Below are positions 13,001 to 28,400 of a stretch of DNA of 64,000 nt, piece after piece. The notes beneath the pieces are model-generated. The model was not told where the DNA came from. It was given only the letters and a program-made list of their open reading frames with translations, and searched no databases. The position numbers and the translations under genes were made by a program. Numbering within the stretch: position 1 is the stretch's first letter; every line of letters begins with the position of its first letter. Source of the DNA: Eledone cirrhosa (taxonomy: Eukaryota); contig OZ024743.1 of NCBI GenBank assembly GCA_964016885.1, positions 129,704,001 to 129,768,000 of the forward strand, written 5' to 3'.

Positions 13001-16000
13001 ACACTAATCACCAAGCACCAAGCACCAAACACCAAGCACCAAACAGCAAACCCCAAGCACCAATCACCAAATACTAATCACCAAGCACCAAGCACCAATC
13101 ACCAAGCACCAAGCAGCAAGCACCAAACACCAAGCACCAAGCACTAAGCACCTAGCACCAAACACCAAGCACCAAGCACCAAACACCAAACCCCAAGCAC
13201 CAAAGACCAAGCACCAAGCACCAAGGACCAAACACCAAGCACCAAGCACCAAGCACCAAACACCAAGCACCAAGCACCAAACACCCAGCACCAGACACCA
13301 AGCACCAAACACCAAGCACCAAGCACCAAAAACCAAACAACAAGCACCAGGTACCAAGCACCAAAGACCAAAAACCAAGCACCAAGCAACAAACACCAAG
13401 CACCAAGCACCAAACGCCAAACACCAAGCACCAAGCACCAAGCACCAAACACCAAGCACCAAGCACCTAGCACCAAACACCAAACACCAAGCACCAAGCA
13501 GCAAACACCAAGCACCAATCACCAAGCACCAAACACCAAGCAGCAAGCAGCAAGCACCAAACACCAAACACCAAGCACCAAGGACCAAACATCATACACC
13601 AAGCACCAAGCACCAAACACCTAACACCAAGCACCAAGCACCAAGCACCAAGCACCGAACACCAAGCACCAAACACCAAGCACCAAACACCAAGCACCAA
13701 GCACCAAACACCAAGCACCAAACACCAAGCACCAAGCACCAAGCACCAAACACCAAGCACCAGGTACCAAGCACCAAACACCAAAAACCAAGCACCAAGC
13801 ACCAAAAACCAAGCACCAAGCACCAAGCACCGAACACCAAGCACCAAACACCAAGCACCAAACACCAAGCACCAAGCACCAAACACCAAGCACCAAACAC
13901 CAAGTACCAAGCACCAAGCACCAAACACCAAGCACCAGGCACCAAGAACCAAACACCAAGCACCATGGACCAAGCACCAAGCCCCAAACACTTAACACCA
14001 AGCACCAAGCACCAAACACCAAGCACCAAAAACCAAACACCAAGCACCAACTACTAAACACCAAGCACCAAGCACCAAACACCAAGCACCAAGCACCAAT
14101 CACCAAACACCAAGAACCAAGCACCAAACACCAAGCACCAAGGACCAAGCACCAGGCACCAAGCACCAAGCACCAAACACAAAACACCAAGCACCAAACA
14201 CAAAACACCAAGCACCAAGCAGCAAACACCAAGCATCAAACACCAAACACCAAACACCAAGCACCAAACACCAAGCACCAAGCAGCAAACACCAAACACC
14301 AAGCACCAAGCACCAAGCACCAAACACCAAACACCAAGCACCAAACACCAGACACCAAGCACCAAACACCAAGCACCAAGCACCAAGCACCAAACACCAA
14401 ACAACAAGCACCAGGTACCAAGCACCAAACACCAAAAACCAAGCACCAAGCATCAAACACCAAACCCCAAGCACCAATCACCAAACACTAATCACCAAGC
14501 ACCAAGCACCAAACACCAAGCACCAAACAGCAAACCCCAAGCACCAATCACCAAATACTAATCACCAAGCACCAAGCACCAATCACCAAGCACCAAGCAG
14601 CAAGCACCAAACACCAAGCACCAAGCACTAAGCACCTAGCACCAAACACCAAGCACCAAGCACCAAACACCAAACCCCAAGCACCAAAGACCAAGCACCA
14701 AGCACCAAGGACCAAACACCAAGCACCAAGCACCAAGCACCAAACACCAAGCACCAAGCACCAAACACCCAGCACCAGACACCAAGCACCAAACACCAAG
14801 CACCAAGCACCAAAAACCAAACAACAAGCACCAGGTACCAAGCACCAAAGACCAAAAACCAAGCACCAAGCAACAAACACCAAGCACCAAGCACCAAACG
14901 CCAAACACCAAGCACCAAGCACCAAGCACCAAACACCAAGCACCAAGCACCTAGCACCAAACACCAAACACCAAGCACCAAGCAGCAAACACCAAGCACC
15001 AATCACCAAGCACCAAACACCAAGCAGCAAGCAGCAAGCACCAAACACCAAACACCAAGCACCAAGGACCAAACATCATACACCAAGCACCAAGCACCAA
15101 ACACCTAACACCAAGCACCAAGCACCAAGCACCAAGCACCGAACACCAAGCACCAAACACCAAGCACCAAACACCAAGCACCAAGCACCAAACACCAAGC
15201 ACCAAACACCAAGCACCAAGCACCAAGCACCAAACACCAAGCACCAGGCACCAAGCACCAAACACCAAACCCCAAGCACTAAAGACCAAGCACCAAGCAC
15301 CAAGGACCAAACACCAAGCACCAAGCACCAAGCACCAAACACCAAGCACCAAGCACCAAACACCCAGCACCAAGCACCAAGCACCAAACACCAAGCACCA
15401 AGCACCAAACACCAAACACCAAACACCAGGCACCAAGCACCAAACAGCAAGCACCAAACACCAAACACCAAACAGCAAACATCAAACAGCAAACACCAAA
15501 CACCAAACAGCAAACAGCAAACGCCAAACACCAAGCACGAAGCACCAAGCACCAAACACCAAGCACCAAGCACCAAGCACAAAACACCAAACACCAAGCA
15601 CCAAGGACCAAACATCAAACACCAAGCACCAAGCACCTAGCACAAAGCACCGAACACCAAGCACCAAACACCAAGCACCAAACACCAAGCACCAAACACC
15701 AAACACCAGGCACCAAGCACCAAACACCAAGCACCATGCACCAAACACCAAGCACCAAGCACCAAGCACCAAACACCAAGCACCAAACACCAAACACCAA
15801 GCACCAAGTACCAAACACCAAGCACCAAACACCAAACACCAAGCACCAAGCACCAATCACCAAACACCAAGAACCAAGCACCAAACACCAAGCACCAAGC
15901 ACCAAGTACATACACCAAGAACCAAACACCAAACACAAAACACCAAGCACCAAGCAACAAGCATCAAACACCAAGCATCAAACACCAAACACCAAGCACC

Positions 16001-19000
16001 AAACACCAAACACCAAGCACCAAGCACCAAGCACCAAGCACAAACATCAAGCACCCAGCACCAAACACCAAGCACCAAGCACCAAGCACCAAACACCAAG
16101 CACCAAGCACCAAAACCCAAACACCAAGCACCAAGCACCAAACACCAAACACCAAACACCAGAAACCAAGCACCAAGCACCAAACACTAAGCACTAAGCA
16201 CCAAACAGCAAACCCCAAGAACCAAGCACCAAACATTAATCACCAAGCACCACACAACAAGCACCAAGCACCAAGAACCAGGCACCAAGCACCAAGCACC
16301 AAACACAAAACACCAAGCACCAAGCACCAAGCAGCACACACCAAGCATCAAACACCAACCACCAAACACCAAGCACCAAACACCTAACACCAAGCACTAA
16401 GCACCAAGCACCAAGCACCAAACTCCAAGCACCCAGCACCAAACACCAAACACCAAGCACCAAGCACCAAACACCAAACACCAAGCACCAAGCACCAAGC
16501 ACCAAACACCAAAGACCAAGCACCAAACACCAGACACCAAGCACCAAACACCAAGCACCAAGCACCAAACACCAAACAACAAGCACCAGGTACCAAGCAC
16601 CAAACACCAAAAACCAAGCACCAAGCACCAAAAACCAAGCACCAAGCACCAAACGCCAAACACCAAGCACCAAGCACCAAGCACCAAACACCAAGCACCA
16701 AGCACCAAACACCAAGCACATATCACCAAGCACCAAACACCAAGCAGCAAGCAGCAAGCACCAAACACCAAACACCAAGCACCAAGCACTAAACACCAAG
16801 CACCAAGGACCAAACATCATACACCAAGCACCAAGCACCAAACACCTAACACCAAGCACCAAGCACCAAGCACCAAGCACCGAACACCAAGCACCAAACA
16901 CCAAGCACCAAACACCAAGCACCAAGCACCAAACACCAAGCACCAAACACCAAGTACCAAGCACCAAGCACCAAACACCAAGCACCAGGCACCAAGAACC
17001 AAACACCAAGCACCATGGACCAAGCACCAAGCCCCAAACACTTAACACCAAGCACCAAGCACCAAACACCAAGCACCAAAAACCAAACACCAAGCACCAA
17101 CTACTAAACACCAAGCACCAAGCACCAAACCCCAAGCACCAAGCACCAATCACCAAACACCAAGAACCAAGCACCAAACACCAAGCACCAAGGACCAAGC
17201 ACCAGGCACCAAGCACCAAGCACCAAACACAAAACACCAAGCACCAAACACAAAACACCAAGCACCAAGCAGCAAACACCAAGCATCAAACACCAAACAC
17301 CAAACACCAAGCACCAAACACCAAGCACCAAGCAGCAAACACCAAACACCAAGCACCAAGCACCAAGCACCAAACACCAAACACCAAGCACCAAACACCA
17401 GACACCAAGCACCAAACACCAAGCACCAAGCACCAAGCACCAAACACCAAACAACAAGCACCAGGTACCAAGCACCAAACACCAAAAACCAAGCACCAAA
17501 CATCAAACACCAAACCCCAAGCACCAATCACCAAACACTAATCACCAAGGACCAAGCACCAAACACCAAGCACCAAACAGCAAACCCCAAGCACCAATCA
17601 CCAAATACTAATCACCAAGCACCAAGCACCAATCACCAAGCACCAAGCAGCAAGCACCAAACACCAAGCACCAAGCACTAAGCACCTAGCACCAAACACC
17701 AAGCACCAAGCACCAAACACCAAACCCCAAGCACCAAAGACCAAGCACCAAGCACCAAGGACCAAACACCAAGCACCAAGCACCAAGCACCAAACACCAA
17801 GCACCAAGCACCAAACACCCAGCACCAGACACCAAGCACCAAACACCAAGCACCAAGCACCAAAAACCAAACAACAAGCACCAGGTACCAAGCACCAAAG
17901 ACCAAAAACCAAGCACCAAGCAACAAACACCAAGCACCAAGCACCAAACGCCAAACACCAAGCACCAAGCACCAAGCACCAAACACCAAGCACCAAGCAC
18001 CTAGCACCAAACACCAAACACCAAGCACCAAGCAGCAAACACCAAGCACCAATCACCAAGCACCAAACACCAAGCAGCAAGCAGCAAGCACCAAACACCA
18101 AACACCAAGCACCAAGGACCAAACATCATACACCAAGCACCAAGCACCAAACACCTAACACCAAGCACCAAGCACCAAGCACCAAGCACCAAACACCAAG
18201 CACCAAGCACCAAACACCAAACCCCAAGCACCAAAGACCAAGCACCAAGCACCAAGGACCAAGCACCAAGCACCAAGCACCAAGCACCAAACACCAAGCA
18301 CCAAGCACCAAACACCCAGCACCAAGCACCAAGCACCAAACACCAAGCACCAAGCACCAAACACCAAACACCAAGCACCAAGCACCAAACAGCAAGCACC
18401 AAACACCAAACACCAAACAGCAAACATCAAACAGCAAACACCAGACACCAAACAGCAAACAGCAAACACCAAACACCAAGCACCAAACACCAAGCACCAA
18501 ACACCAAGCACCAAGCACCAAGCACAAAACACCAAACACCAAGCACCAAGGACCAAACATCAAACACCAAGGACCAAGCACCTAGCACAAAGCAACGAAC
18601 ACCAAGCACCAAACACCAAGCACCAAACACCAAACACCAAACACCAAACACCAGGCACCAAGCACCAAACACCAAGCACCATGCACCAAACACCAAGCAC
18701 CAAGCACGAAGCACCAAACACCAAGCACCAAGCACCAAACACTTAACACCAAGCACCAAGCACCAAGCACCAAACACCAAGCACCAAACACCAAACACCA
18801 AGCACCAAGTACCAAACACCAAGCACCAAGCCCCAAACACCAAGCATCAAGCACCAATCACCAAACACCAAGAACCAAGCACCAAACACCAAGCACCAAG
18901 CACCAAGTACATACACCAAGAACCAAACACCAAACACAAAACACCAAGCACCAAGCAACAAGCATCAAACACCAAGCATCAAACACCAAACACCAAGCAC

Positions 19001-22000
19001 CAAGCACCAAACACCAAACACCAAGCACCAAGCACCAAGCACCAAGCACAAATATCAAGCACCCAGCACCAAGCACCAAGCACCAAGCACCAAACACCAA
19101 GCACCAAACACCAAACAGCAAGCACCAAACACCAAACACCAAGCACCAAGCACCAAAACCCAAACACCAAGCACCAAGCACCAAATACCAAACACCAAAC
19201 ACCAGAAACCAAGCACCAAACACCAAACACCAAGCACCAAGCACCAAACACCAAGCACCAAGCACCAAACAGCAAACCCCAAGCACCAAGCACCAAACAC
19301 TAATCACCAAGCACCAAGCACCACACAACAAGCACCAAGCACCAAGAACCAGGCACCAAGCACCAAGCACCAAACACAAAACACCAAGCACCAAGCACCA
19401 AGCAGCACACACCAAGCATCAAACACCAAACACCAAACACAAAGCACCAAACACCAAACACCAAGTACTAAGCACCAAGCACCAAGCACCAAACTCCAAG
19501 CACCCAGCACCAAACACCAAACACCAAGCACCAAGCACCAAACACCAAACACCAAGCACCAAGCACCAAGCACCAAACACCAAACACCAAGCACCAAACA
19601 CCAGACACCAAGCACCAAACACCAAGCACCAAGCACCAAGCACCAAACACCAAACAACAAGCATCAGGTACCAAGCACCAAAAACCAAGCACCAAGCATC
19701 AAACACCAAACCCCAAGCACCAATCACCAAACACTAATCACCAAGCACCACGCACCAAACACCAAGCACCAAACAGCAAACCCCAAGCACCAATCACCAA
19801 ACACTAATCACCAAGCACCAAGCACCAATCACCAAGCACCAAGCAGCAAGCACCAAACACCAAGCACCAAGCACCAAGCACAAAGCACCAAACACCAAGC
19901 ACCAAGCACCAAACACCAAACCCCAAGCACCAAAGACCAAGCACCAAGCACCAAGGACCAAACACCAAGCACCAAGCACCAAGCACCAAACACCAAGCAC
20001 CAAGCACCAAACACCCAGCACCAAGCACCAAGCACCAAACACCAAGCACCAAGCACCAAACACCAAACACCAAACACCAGGCACCAAGCACCAAACAGCA
20101 AGCACCAAACACCAAACACCAAACAGCAAACATCAAACAGCAAACACCAAACACCAAACAGCAAACAGCAAACGCCAAACACCAAGCACGAAGCACCAAG
20201 CACCAAACACCAAGCACCAAGCACCAAGCACAAAACACCAAACACCAAGCACCAAGGACCAAACATCAAGCACCAAACACCAAACACCAAGCACCAAGGA
20301 CCAAACATCAAGCACCTAGCACAAAGCACCGAACACCAAGCACCAAACACCAAGCACCAAACACCAAGCACCAAACACCAAACACCAGGCACCAAGCACC
20401 AAACACCAAGCACCATGCACCAAACACCAAGCACCAAGCACCAAGCACCAAACACCAAGCACCAAACACCAAACACCAAGCACCAAGTACCAAACACCAA
20501 GCACCAAACACCAAACACCAAGCACCAAGCACCAATCACCAAACACCAAGAACCAAGCACCAAACACCAAGCACCAAGCACCAAGTACATACACCAAGAA
20601 CCAAACACCAAACACAAAACACCAAGCACCAAGCAACAAGCATCAAACACCAAGCATCAAACACCAAACACCAAGCACCAAACACCAAACACCAAGCACC
20701 AAGCACCAAGCACCAAGCACAAACATCAAGCACCCAGCACCAAACACCAAGCACCAAGCACCAAGCACCAAACACCAAGCACCAAGCACCAAAACCCAAA
20801 CACCAAGCACCAAGCACCAAACACCAAACACCAAACACCAGAAACCAAGCACCAAGCACCAAACACTAAGCACTAAGCACCAAACAGCAAACCCCAAGCA
20901 CCAAGCACCAAACATTAATCACCAAGCACCACACAACAAGCACCAAGCACCAAGAACCAGGCATCAAGCACCAAGCACCAAACACAAAACACCAAGCACC
21001 AAGCACCAAGCAGCACACACCAAGCATCAAACACCAACCACCAAACACCAAGCACCAAACACCTAACACCAAGCACTAAGCACCAAGCACCAAGCACCAA
21101 ACTCCAAGCACCCAGCACCAAACACCAAACACCAAGCACCAAGCACCAAACACCAAACACCAAGCACCAAGCACCAAGCACCAAACACCAAACACCAAGC
21201 ACCAAACACCAGACACCAAGCACCAAACACCAAGCACCAAGCACCAAACACCAAACAACAAGCACCAGGTACCAAGCACCAAACACCAAAAACCAAGCAC
21301 CAAGCACCAAACACCAAGCACCAAGCACCAAACGCCAAACACCAAGCACCAAGCACCAAGCACCATACACCAAGCACCAAGCACCTAGCACCAAACACCA
21401 AACACCAAGCACCAAGCACCAAACACCAAGCACCAATCACCAAGCACCAAGCACCAAGCAGCAAGCAGCAAGCACCAAACACCAAACACCAAGCACCAAG
21501 CACTAAACACCAAGCACCAACGACCAAACATCATACACCAAGCACCAAGCACCAAACACCTAACACCAAGCACCAAGCACCAAGCACCAAGCACCGAACA
21601 CCAAGCACCAAACACCAAGCACCAAACACCAAGCACCAAGCACCAAACACCAAGCACCAAACACCAAGCACCAAGCACCAAGCACCAAACACCAAGCACC
21701 AGGCACCAAGAACCAAACACCAAGCACCATGGACCAAGCACCAAGCCCCAAACACTTAACACCAAGCACCAAGCACCAAACACCAAGCACCAAAAACCAA
21801 ACACCAAGCACCAACTACTAAACACCAAGCACCAAGCACCAAACACCAAGCACCAAGCACCAATCACCAAACACCAAGAACCAAGCACCAAACACCAAGC
21901 ACCAAGGACCAAGCACCAGGCACCAAGCACCAAGCACCAAACACAAAACACCAAGCACCAAACACAAAACACCAAGCACCAAGCAGCAAACACCAAGCAT

Positions 22001-22429
22001 CAAACACCAAACACCAAACACCAAGCACCAAACACCAAGCACCAAGCAGCAAACACCAAACACCAAGCACCAAGCACCAAGCACCAAACACCAAACACCA
22101 AGCACCAAACACCAGACACCAAGCACCAAATACCAAGCACCAAGCACCATGCACCAAACACCAAACAACAAGCACCAGGTACCAAGCACCAAACACCAAA
22201 AACCAAGCACCAAGCATCAAACACCAAACCCCAAGCACCAATCACCAAACACTAATCACCAAGCACCAAGCACCAAACACCAAGCACCAAACAGCAAACC
22301 CCAAGCACCAATCACCAAACACTAATCACCAAGCACCAAGCACCAATCACCAAGCACCAAGCAGCAAGCACCAAACACCAAGCACCAAGCACCAAGCACC
22401 AAGCACCAAACACCAAGCACCAAGCACCA

Positions 22430-25400
22430 AACACCAAACCCCAAGCACTAAAGACCAAGCACCAAGCACCAAGGACCAAACACCAAGCACCAAGCACCAA
22501 GCACCAAACACCAAGCACCAAGCACCAAACACCCAGCACCAAGCACCAAGCACCAAACACCAAGCACCAAGCACCAAACACCAAACACCAAACACCAGGC
22601 ACCAAGCACCAAACAGCAAGCACCAAACACCAAACACCAAACAGCAAACATCAAACAGCAAACACCAAACACCAAACAGCAAACAGCAAACGCCAAACAC
22701 CAAGCACGAAGCACCAAGCACCAAACACCAAGCACCAAGCACCAAGCACAAAACACCAAACACCAAGCACCAAGGACCAAACATCAAACACCAAGCACCA
22801 AGCACCTAGCACAAAGCACCGAACACCAAGCACCAAACACCAAGCACCAAACACCAAGCACCAAACACCAAACACCAGGCACCAAGCACCAAACACCAAG
22901 CACCATGCACCAAACACCAAGCACCAAGCACCAAGCACCAAACACCAAGCACCAAACACCAAACACCAAGCACCAAGTACCAAACACCAAGCACCAAACA
23001 CCAAACACCAAGCACCAAGCACCAATCACCAAACACCAAGAACCAAGCACCAAACACCAAGCACCAAGCACCAAGTACATACACCAAGAACCAAACACCA
23101 AACACAAAACACCAAGCACCAAGCAACAAGCATCAAACACCAAGCATCAAACACCAAACACCAAGCACCAAACACCAAACACCAAGCACCAAGCACCAAG
23201 CACCAAGCACAAACATCAAGCACCCAGCACCAAACACCAAGCACCAAGCACCAAGCACCAAACACCAAGCACCAAGCACCAAAACCCAAACACCAAGCAC
23301 CAAGCACCAAACACCAAACACCAAACACCAGAAACCAAGCACCAAGCACCAAACACTAAGCACTAAGCACCAAACAGCAAACCCCAAGAACCAAGCACCA
23401 AACATTAATCACCAAGCACCACACAACAAGCACCAAGCACCAAGAACCAGGCACCAAGCACCAAGCACCAAACACAAAACACCAAGCACCAAGCACCAAG
23501 CAGCACACACCAAGCATCAAACACCAACCACCAAACACCAAGCACCAAACACCTAACACCAAGCACTAAGCACCAAGCACCAAGCACCAAACTCCAAGCA
23601 CCCAGCACCAAACACCAAACACCAAGCACCAAGCACCAAACACCAAACACCAAGCACCAAGCACCAAGCACCAAACACCAAAGACCAAGCACCAAACACC
23701 AGACACCAAGCACCAAACACCAAGCACCAAGCACCAAACACCAAACAACAAGCACCAGGTACCAAGCACCAAACACCAAAAACCAAGCACCAAGCACCAA
23801 ACACCAAGCACCAAGCACCAAACGCCAAACACCAAGCACCAAGCACCAAGCACCAAACACCAAGCACCAAGCACCAAACACCAAGCACCAATCACCAAGC
23901 ACCAAACACCAAGCAGCAAGCAGCAAGCACCAAACACCAAACACCAAGCACCAAGCACTAAACACCAAGCACCAAGGACCAAACATCATACACCAAGCAC
24001 CAAGCACCAAACACCTAACACCAAGCACCAAGCACCAAGCACCAAGCACCGAACACCAAGCACCAAACACCAAGCACCAAACACCAAGCACCAAGCACCA
24101 AACACCAAGCACCAAACACCAAGTACCAAGCACCAAGCACCAAACACCAAGCACCAGGCACCAAGAACCAAACACCAAGCACCATGGACCAAGCACCAAG
24201 CCCCAAACACTTAACACCAAGCACCAAGCACCAAACACCAAGCACCAAAAACCAAACACCAAGCACCAACTACTAAACACCAAGCACCAAGCACCAAACA
24301 CCAAGCACCAAGCACCAATCACCAAACACCAAGAACCAAGCACCAAACACCAAGCACCAAGGACCAAGCACCAGGCACTAAGCACCAAGCACCAAACACA
24401 AAACACCAAGCACCAAACACAAAACACCAAGCACCAAGCAGCAAACACCAAGCATCAAACACCAAACACCAAACACCAAGCACCAAACACCAAGCACCAA
24501 GCAGCAAACACCAAACACCAAGCACCAAGCACCAAGCACCAAACACCAAACACCAAGCACCAAACACCAGACACCAAGCACCAAACACCAAGCACCAAGC
24601 ACCAAGCACCAAACACCAAACAACAAGCACCAGGTACCAAGCACCAAACACCAAAAACCAAGCACCAAGCATCAAACACCAAACCCCAAGCACCAATCAC
24701 CAAACACTAATCACCAAGCACCAAGCACCAAACACCAAGCACCAAACAGCAAACCCCAAGCACCAATCACCAAATACTAATCACCAAGCACCAAGCACCA
24801 ATCACCAAGCACCAAGCAGCAAGCACCAAACACCAAGCACCAAGCACTAAGCACCTAGCACCAAACACCAAGCACCAAGCACCAAACACCAAACCCCAAG
24901 CACCAAAGACCAAGCACCAAGCACCAAGGACCAAACACCAAGCACCAAGCACCAAGCACCAAACACCAAGCACCAAGGACCAAACACCCAGCACCAGACA
25001 CCAAGCACCAAACACCAAGCACCAAGCACCAAAAACCAAACAACAAGCACCAGGTACCAAGCACCAAAGACCAAAAACCAAGCACCAAGCAACAAACACC
25101 AAGCACCAAGCACCAAACGCCAAACACCAAGCACCAAGCACCAAGCACCAAACACCAAGCACCAAGCACCTAGCACCAAACACCAAACACCAAGCACCAA
25201 GCAGCAAACACCAAGCACCAATCACCAAGCACCAAACACCAAGCAGCAAGCAGCAAGCACCAAACACCAAACACCAAGCACCAAGGACCAAACATCATAC
25301 ACCAAGCACCAAGCACCAAACACCTAACACCAAGCACCAAGCACCAAGCACCAAGCACCGAACACCAAGCACCAAACACCAAGCACCAAACACCAAGCAC

Positions 25401-28400
25401 CAAGCACCAAACACCAAGCACCAAACACCAAGCACCAAGCACCAAGCACCAAACACCAAGCACCAGGCACCAAGCACCAAACACCAAACCCCAAGCACTA
25501 AAGACCAAGCACCAAGCACCAAGGACCAAACACCAAGCACCAAGCACCAAGCACCAAACACCAAGCACCAAGCACCAAACACCCAGCACCAAGCACCAAG
25601 CACCAAACACCAAGCACCAAGCACCAAACACCAAACACCAAACACCAGGCACCAAGCACCAAACAGCAAGCACCAAACACCAAACACCAAACAGCAAACA
25701 TCAAACAGCAAACACCAAACACCAAACAGCAAACAGCAAACGCCAAACACCAAGCACGAAGCACCAAGCACCAAACACCAAGCACCAAGCACCAAGCACA
25801 AAACACCAAACACCAAGCACCAAGGACCAAACATCAAACACCAAGCACCAAGCACCTAGCACAAAGCACCGAACACCAAGCACCAAACACCAAGCACCAA
25901 ACACCAAGCACCAAACACCAAACACCAGGCACCAAGCACCAAACACCAAGCACCATGCACCAAACACCAAGCACCAAGCACCAAGCACCAAACACCAAGC
26001 ACCAAACACCAAACACCAAGCACCAAGTACCAAACACCAAGCACCAAACACCAAACACCAAGCACCAAGCACCAATCACCAAACACCAAGAACCAAGCAC
26101 CAAACACCAAGCACCAAGCACCAAGTACATACACCAAGAACCAAACACCAAACACAAAACACCAAGCACCAAGCAACAAGCATCAAACACCAAGCATCAA
26201 ACACCAAACACCAAGCACCAAACACCAAACACCAAGCACCAAGCACCAAGCACCAAGCACAAACATCAAGCACCCAGCACCAAACACCAAGCACCAAGCA
26301 CCAAGCACCAAACACCAAGCACCAAGCACCAAAACCCAAACACCAAGCACCAAGCACCAAACACCAAACACCAAACACCAGAAACCAAGCACCAAGCACC
26401 AAACACTAAGCACTAAGCACCAAACAGCAAACCCCAAGAACCAAGCACCAAACATTAATCACCAAGCACCACACAACAAGCACCAAGCACCAAGAACCAG
26501 GCACCAAGCACCAAGCACCAAACACAAAACACCAAGCACCAAGCACCAAGCAGCACACACCAAGCATCAAACACCAACCAACAAACACCAAGCACCAAAC
26601 ACCTAACACCAAGCACTAAGCACCAAGCACCAAGCACCAAACTCCAAGCACCCAGCACCAAACACCAAACACCAAGCACCAAGCACCAAACACCAAACAC
26701 CAAGCACCAAGCACCAAGCACCAAACACCAAAGACCAAGCACCAAACACCAGACACCAAGCACCAAACACCAAGCACCAAGCACCAAACACCAAACAACA
26801 AGCACCAGGTACCAAGCACCAAACACCAAAAACCAAGCACCAAGCACCAAACACCAAGCACCAAGCACCAAACGCCAAACACCAAGCACCAAGCACCAAG
26901 CACCAAACACCAAGCACCAAGCACCAAACACCAAGCACCAATCACCAAGCACCAAACACCAAGCAGCAAGCAGCAAGCACCAAACACCAAACACCAAGCA
27001 CCAAGCACTAAACACCAAGCACCAAGGACCAAACATCATACACCAAGCACCAAGCACCAAACACCTAACACCAAGCACCAAGCACCAAGCACCAAGCACC
27101 GAACACCAAGCACCAAACACCAAGCACCAAACACCAAGCACCAAGCACCAAACACCAAGCACCAAACACCAAGTACCAAGCACCAAGCACCAAACACCAA
27201 GCACCAGGCACCAAGAACCAAACACCAAGCACCATGGACCAAGCACCAAGCCCCAAACACTTAACACCAAGCACCAAGCACCAAACACCAAGCACCAAAA
27301 ACCAAACACCAAGCACCAACTACTAAACACCAAGCACCAAGCACCAAACACCAAGCACCAAGCACCAATCACCAAACACCAAGAACCAAGCACCAAACAC
27401 CAAGCACCAAGGACCAAGCACCAGGCACTAAGCACCAAGCACCAAACACAAAACACCAAGCACCAAACACAAAACACCAAGCACCAAGCAGCAAACACCA
27501 AGCATCAAACACCAAACACCAAACACCAAGCACCAAACACCAAGCACCAAGCAGCAAACACCAAACACCAAGCACCAAGCACCAAGCACCAAACACCAAA
27601 CACCAAGCACCAAACACCAGACACCAAGCACCAAACACCAAGCACCAAGCACCAAGCACCAAACACCAAACAACAAGCACCAGGTACCAAGCATCAAACA
27701 CCAAACCCCAAGCACCAATCACCAAACACTAATCACCAAGCACCAAGCACCAAACACCAAGCACCAAACAGCAAACCCCAAGCACCAATCACCAAATACT
27801 AATCACTAAGCACCAAGCACCAATCACCAAGCACCAAGCAGCAAGCACCAAACACCAAGCACCAAGCACTAAGCACCTAGCACCAAACACCAAGCACCAA
27901 GCACCAAACACCAAACCCCAAGCACCAAAGACCAAGCACCAAGCACCAAGGACCAAACACCAAGCACCAAGCACCAAGCACCAAACACCAAGCACCAAGG
28001 ACCAAACACCCAGCACCAGACACCAAGCACCAAACACCAAGCACCAAGCACCAAAAACCAAACAACAAGCACCAGGTACCAAGCACCAAAGACCAAAAAC
28101 CAAGCACCAAGCAACAAACACCAAGCACCAAGCACCAAACGCCAAACACCAAGCACCAAGCACCAAGCACCAAACACCAAGCACCAAGCACCTAGCACCA
28201 AACACCAAACACCAAGCACCAAGCAGCAAACACCAAGCACCAATCACCAAGCACCAAACACCAAGCAGCAAGCAGCAAGCACCAAACACCAAACACCAAG
28301 CACCAAGGACCAAACATCATACACCAAGCACCAAGCACCAAACACCTAACACCAAGCACCAAGCACCAAGCACCAAGCACCGAACACCAAGCACCAAACA

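Larger units (their letters stand above)
375..25450 (+). repeat. Super-HOR tandem duplication: copy A ~375-13,827 (13.45 kb), copy B ~13,828-25,450 (~11.7 kb)
   Basis: Offset 13,453 for 601->14054, 2783->16236 and 5290->18743; then 11,696 (7608->19304, 10616->22312) and 11,703 (11081->22784, 13064->24767). Private variants shared at the 13,453 offset, e.g. CACATAT 3264/16717. Confidence 0.85.
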
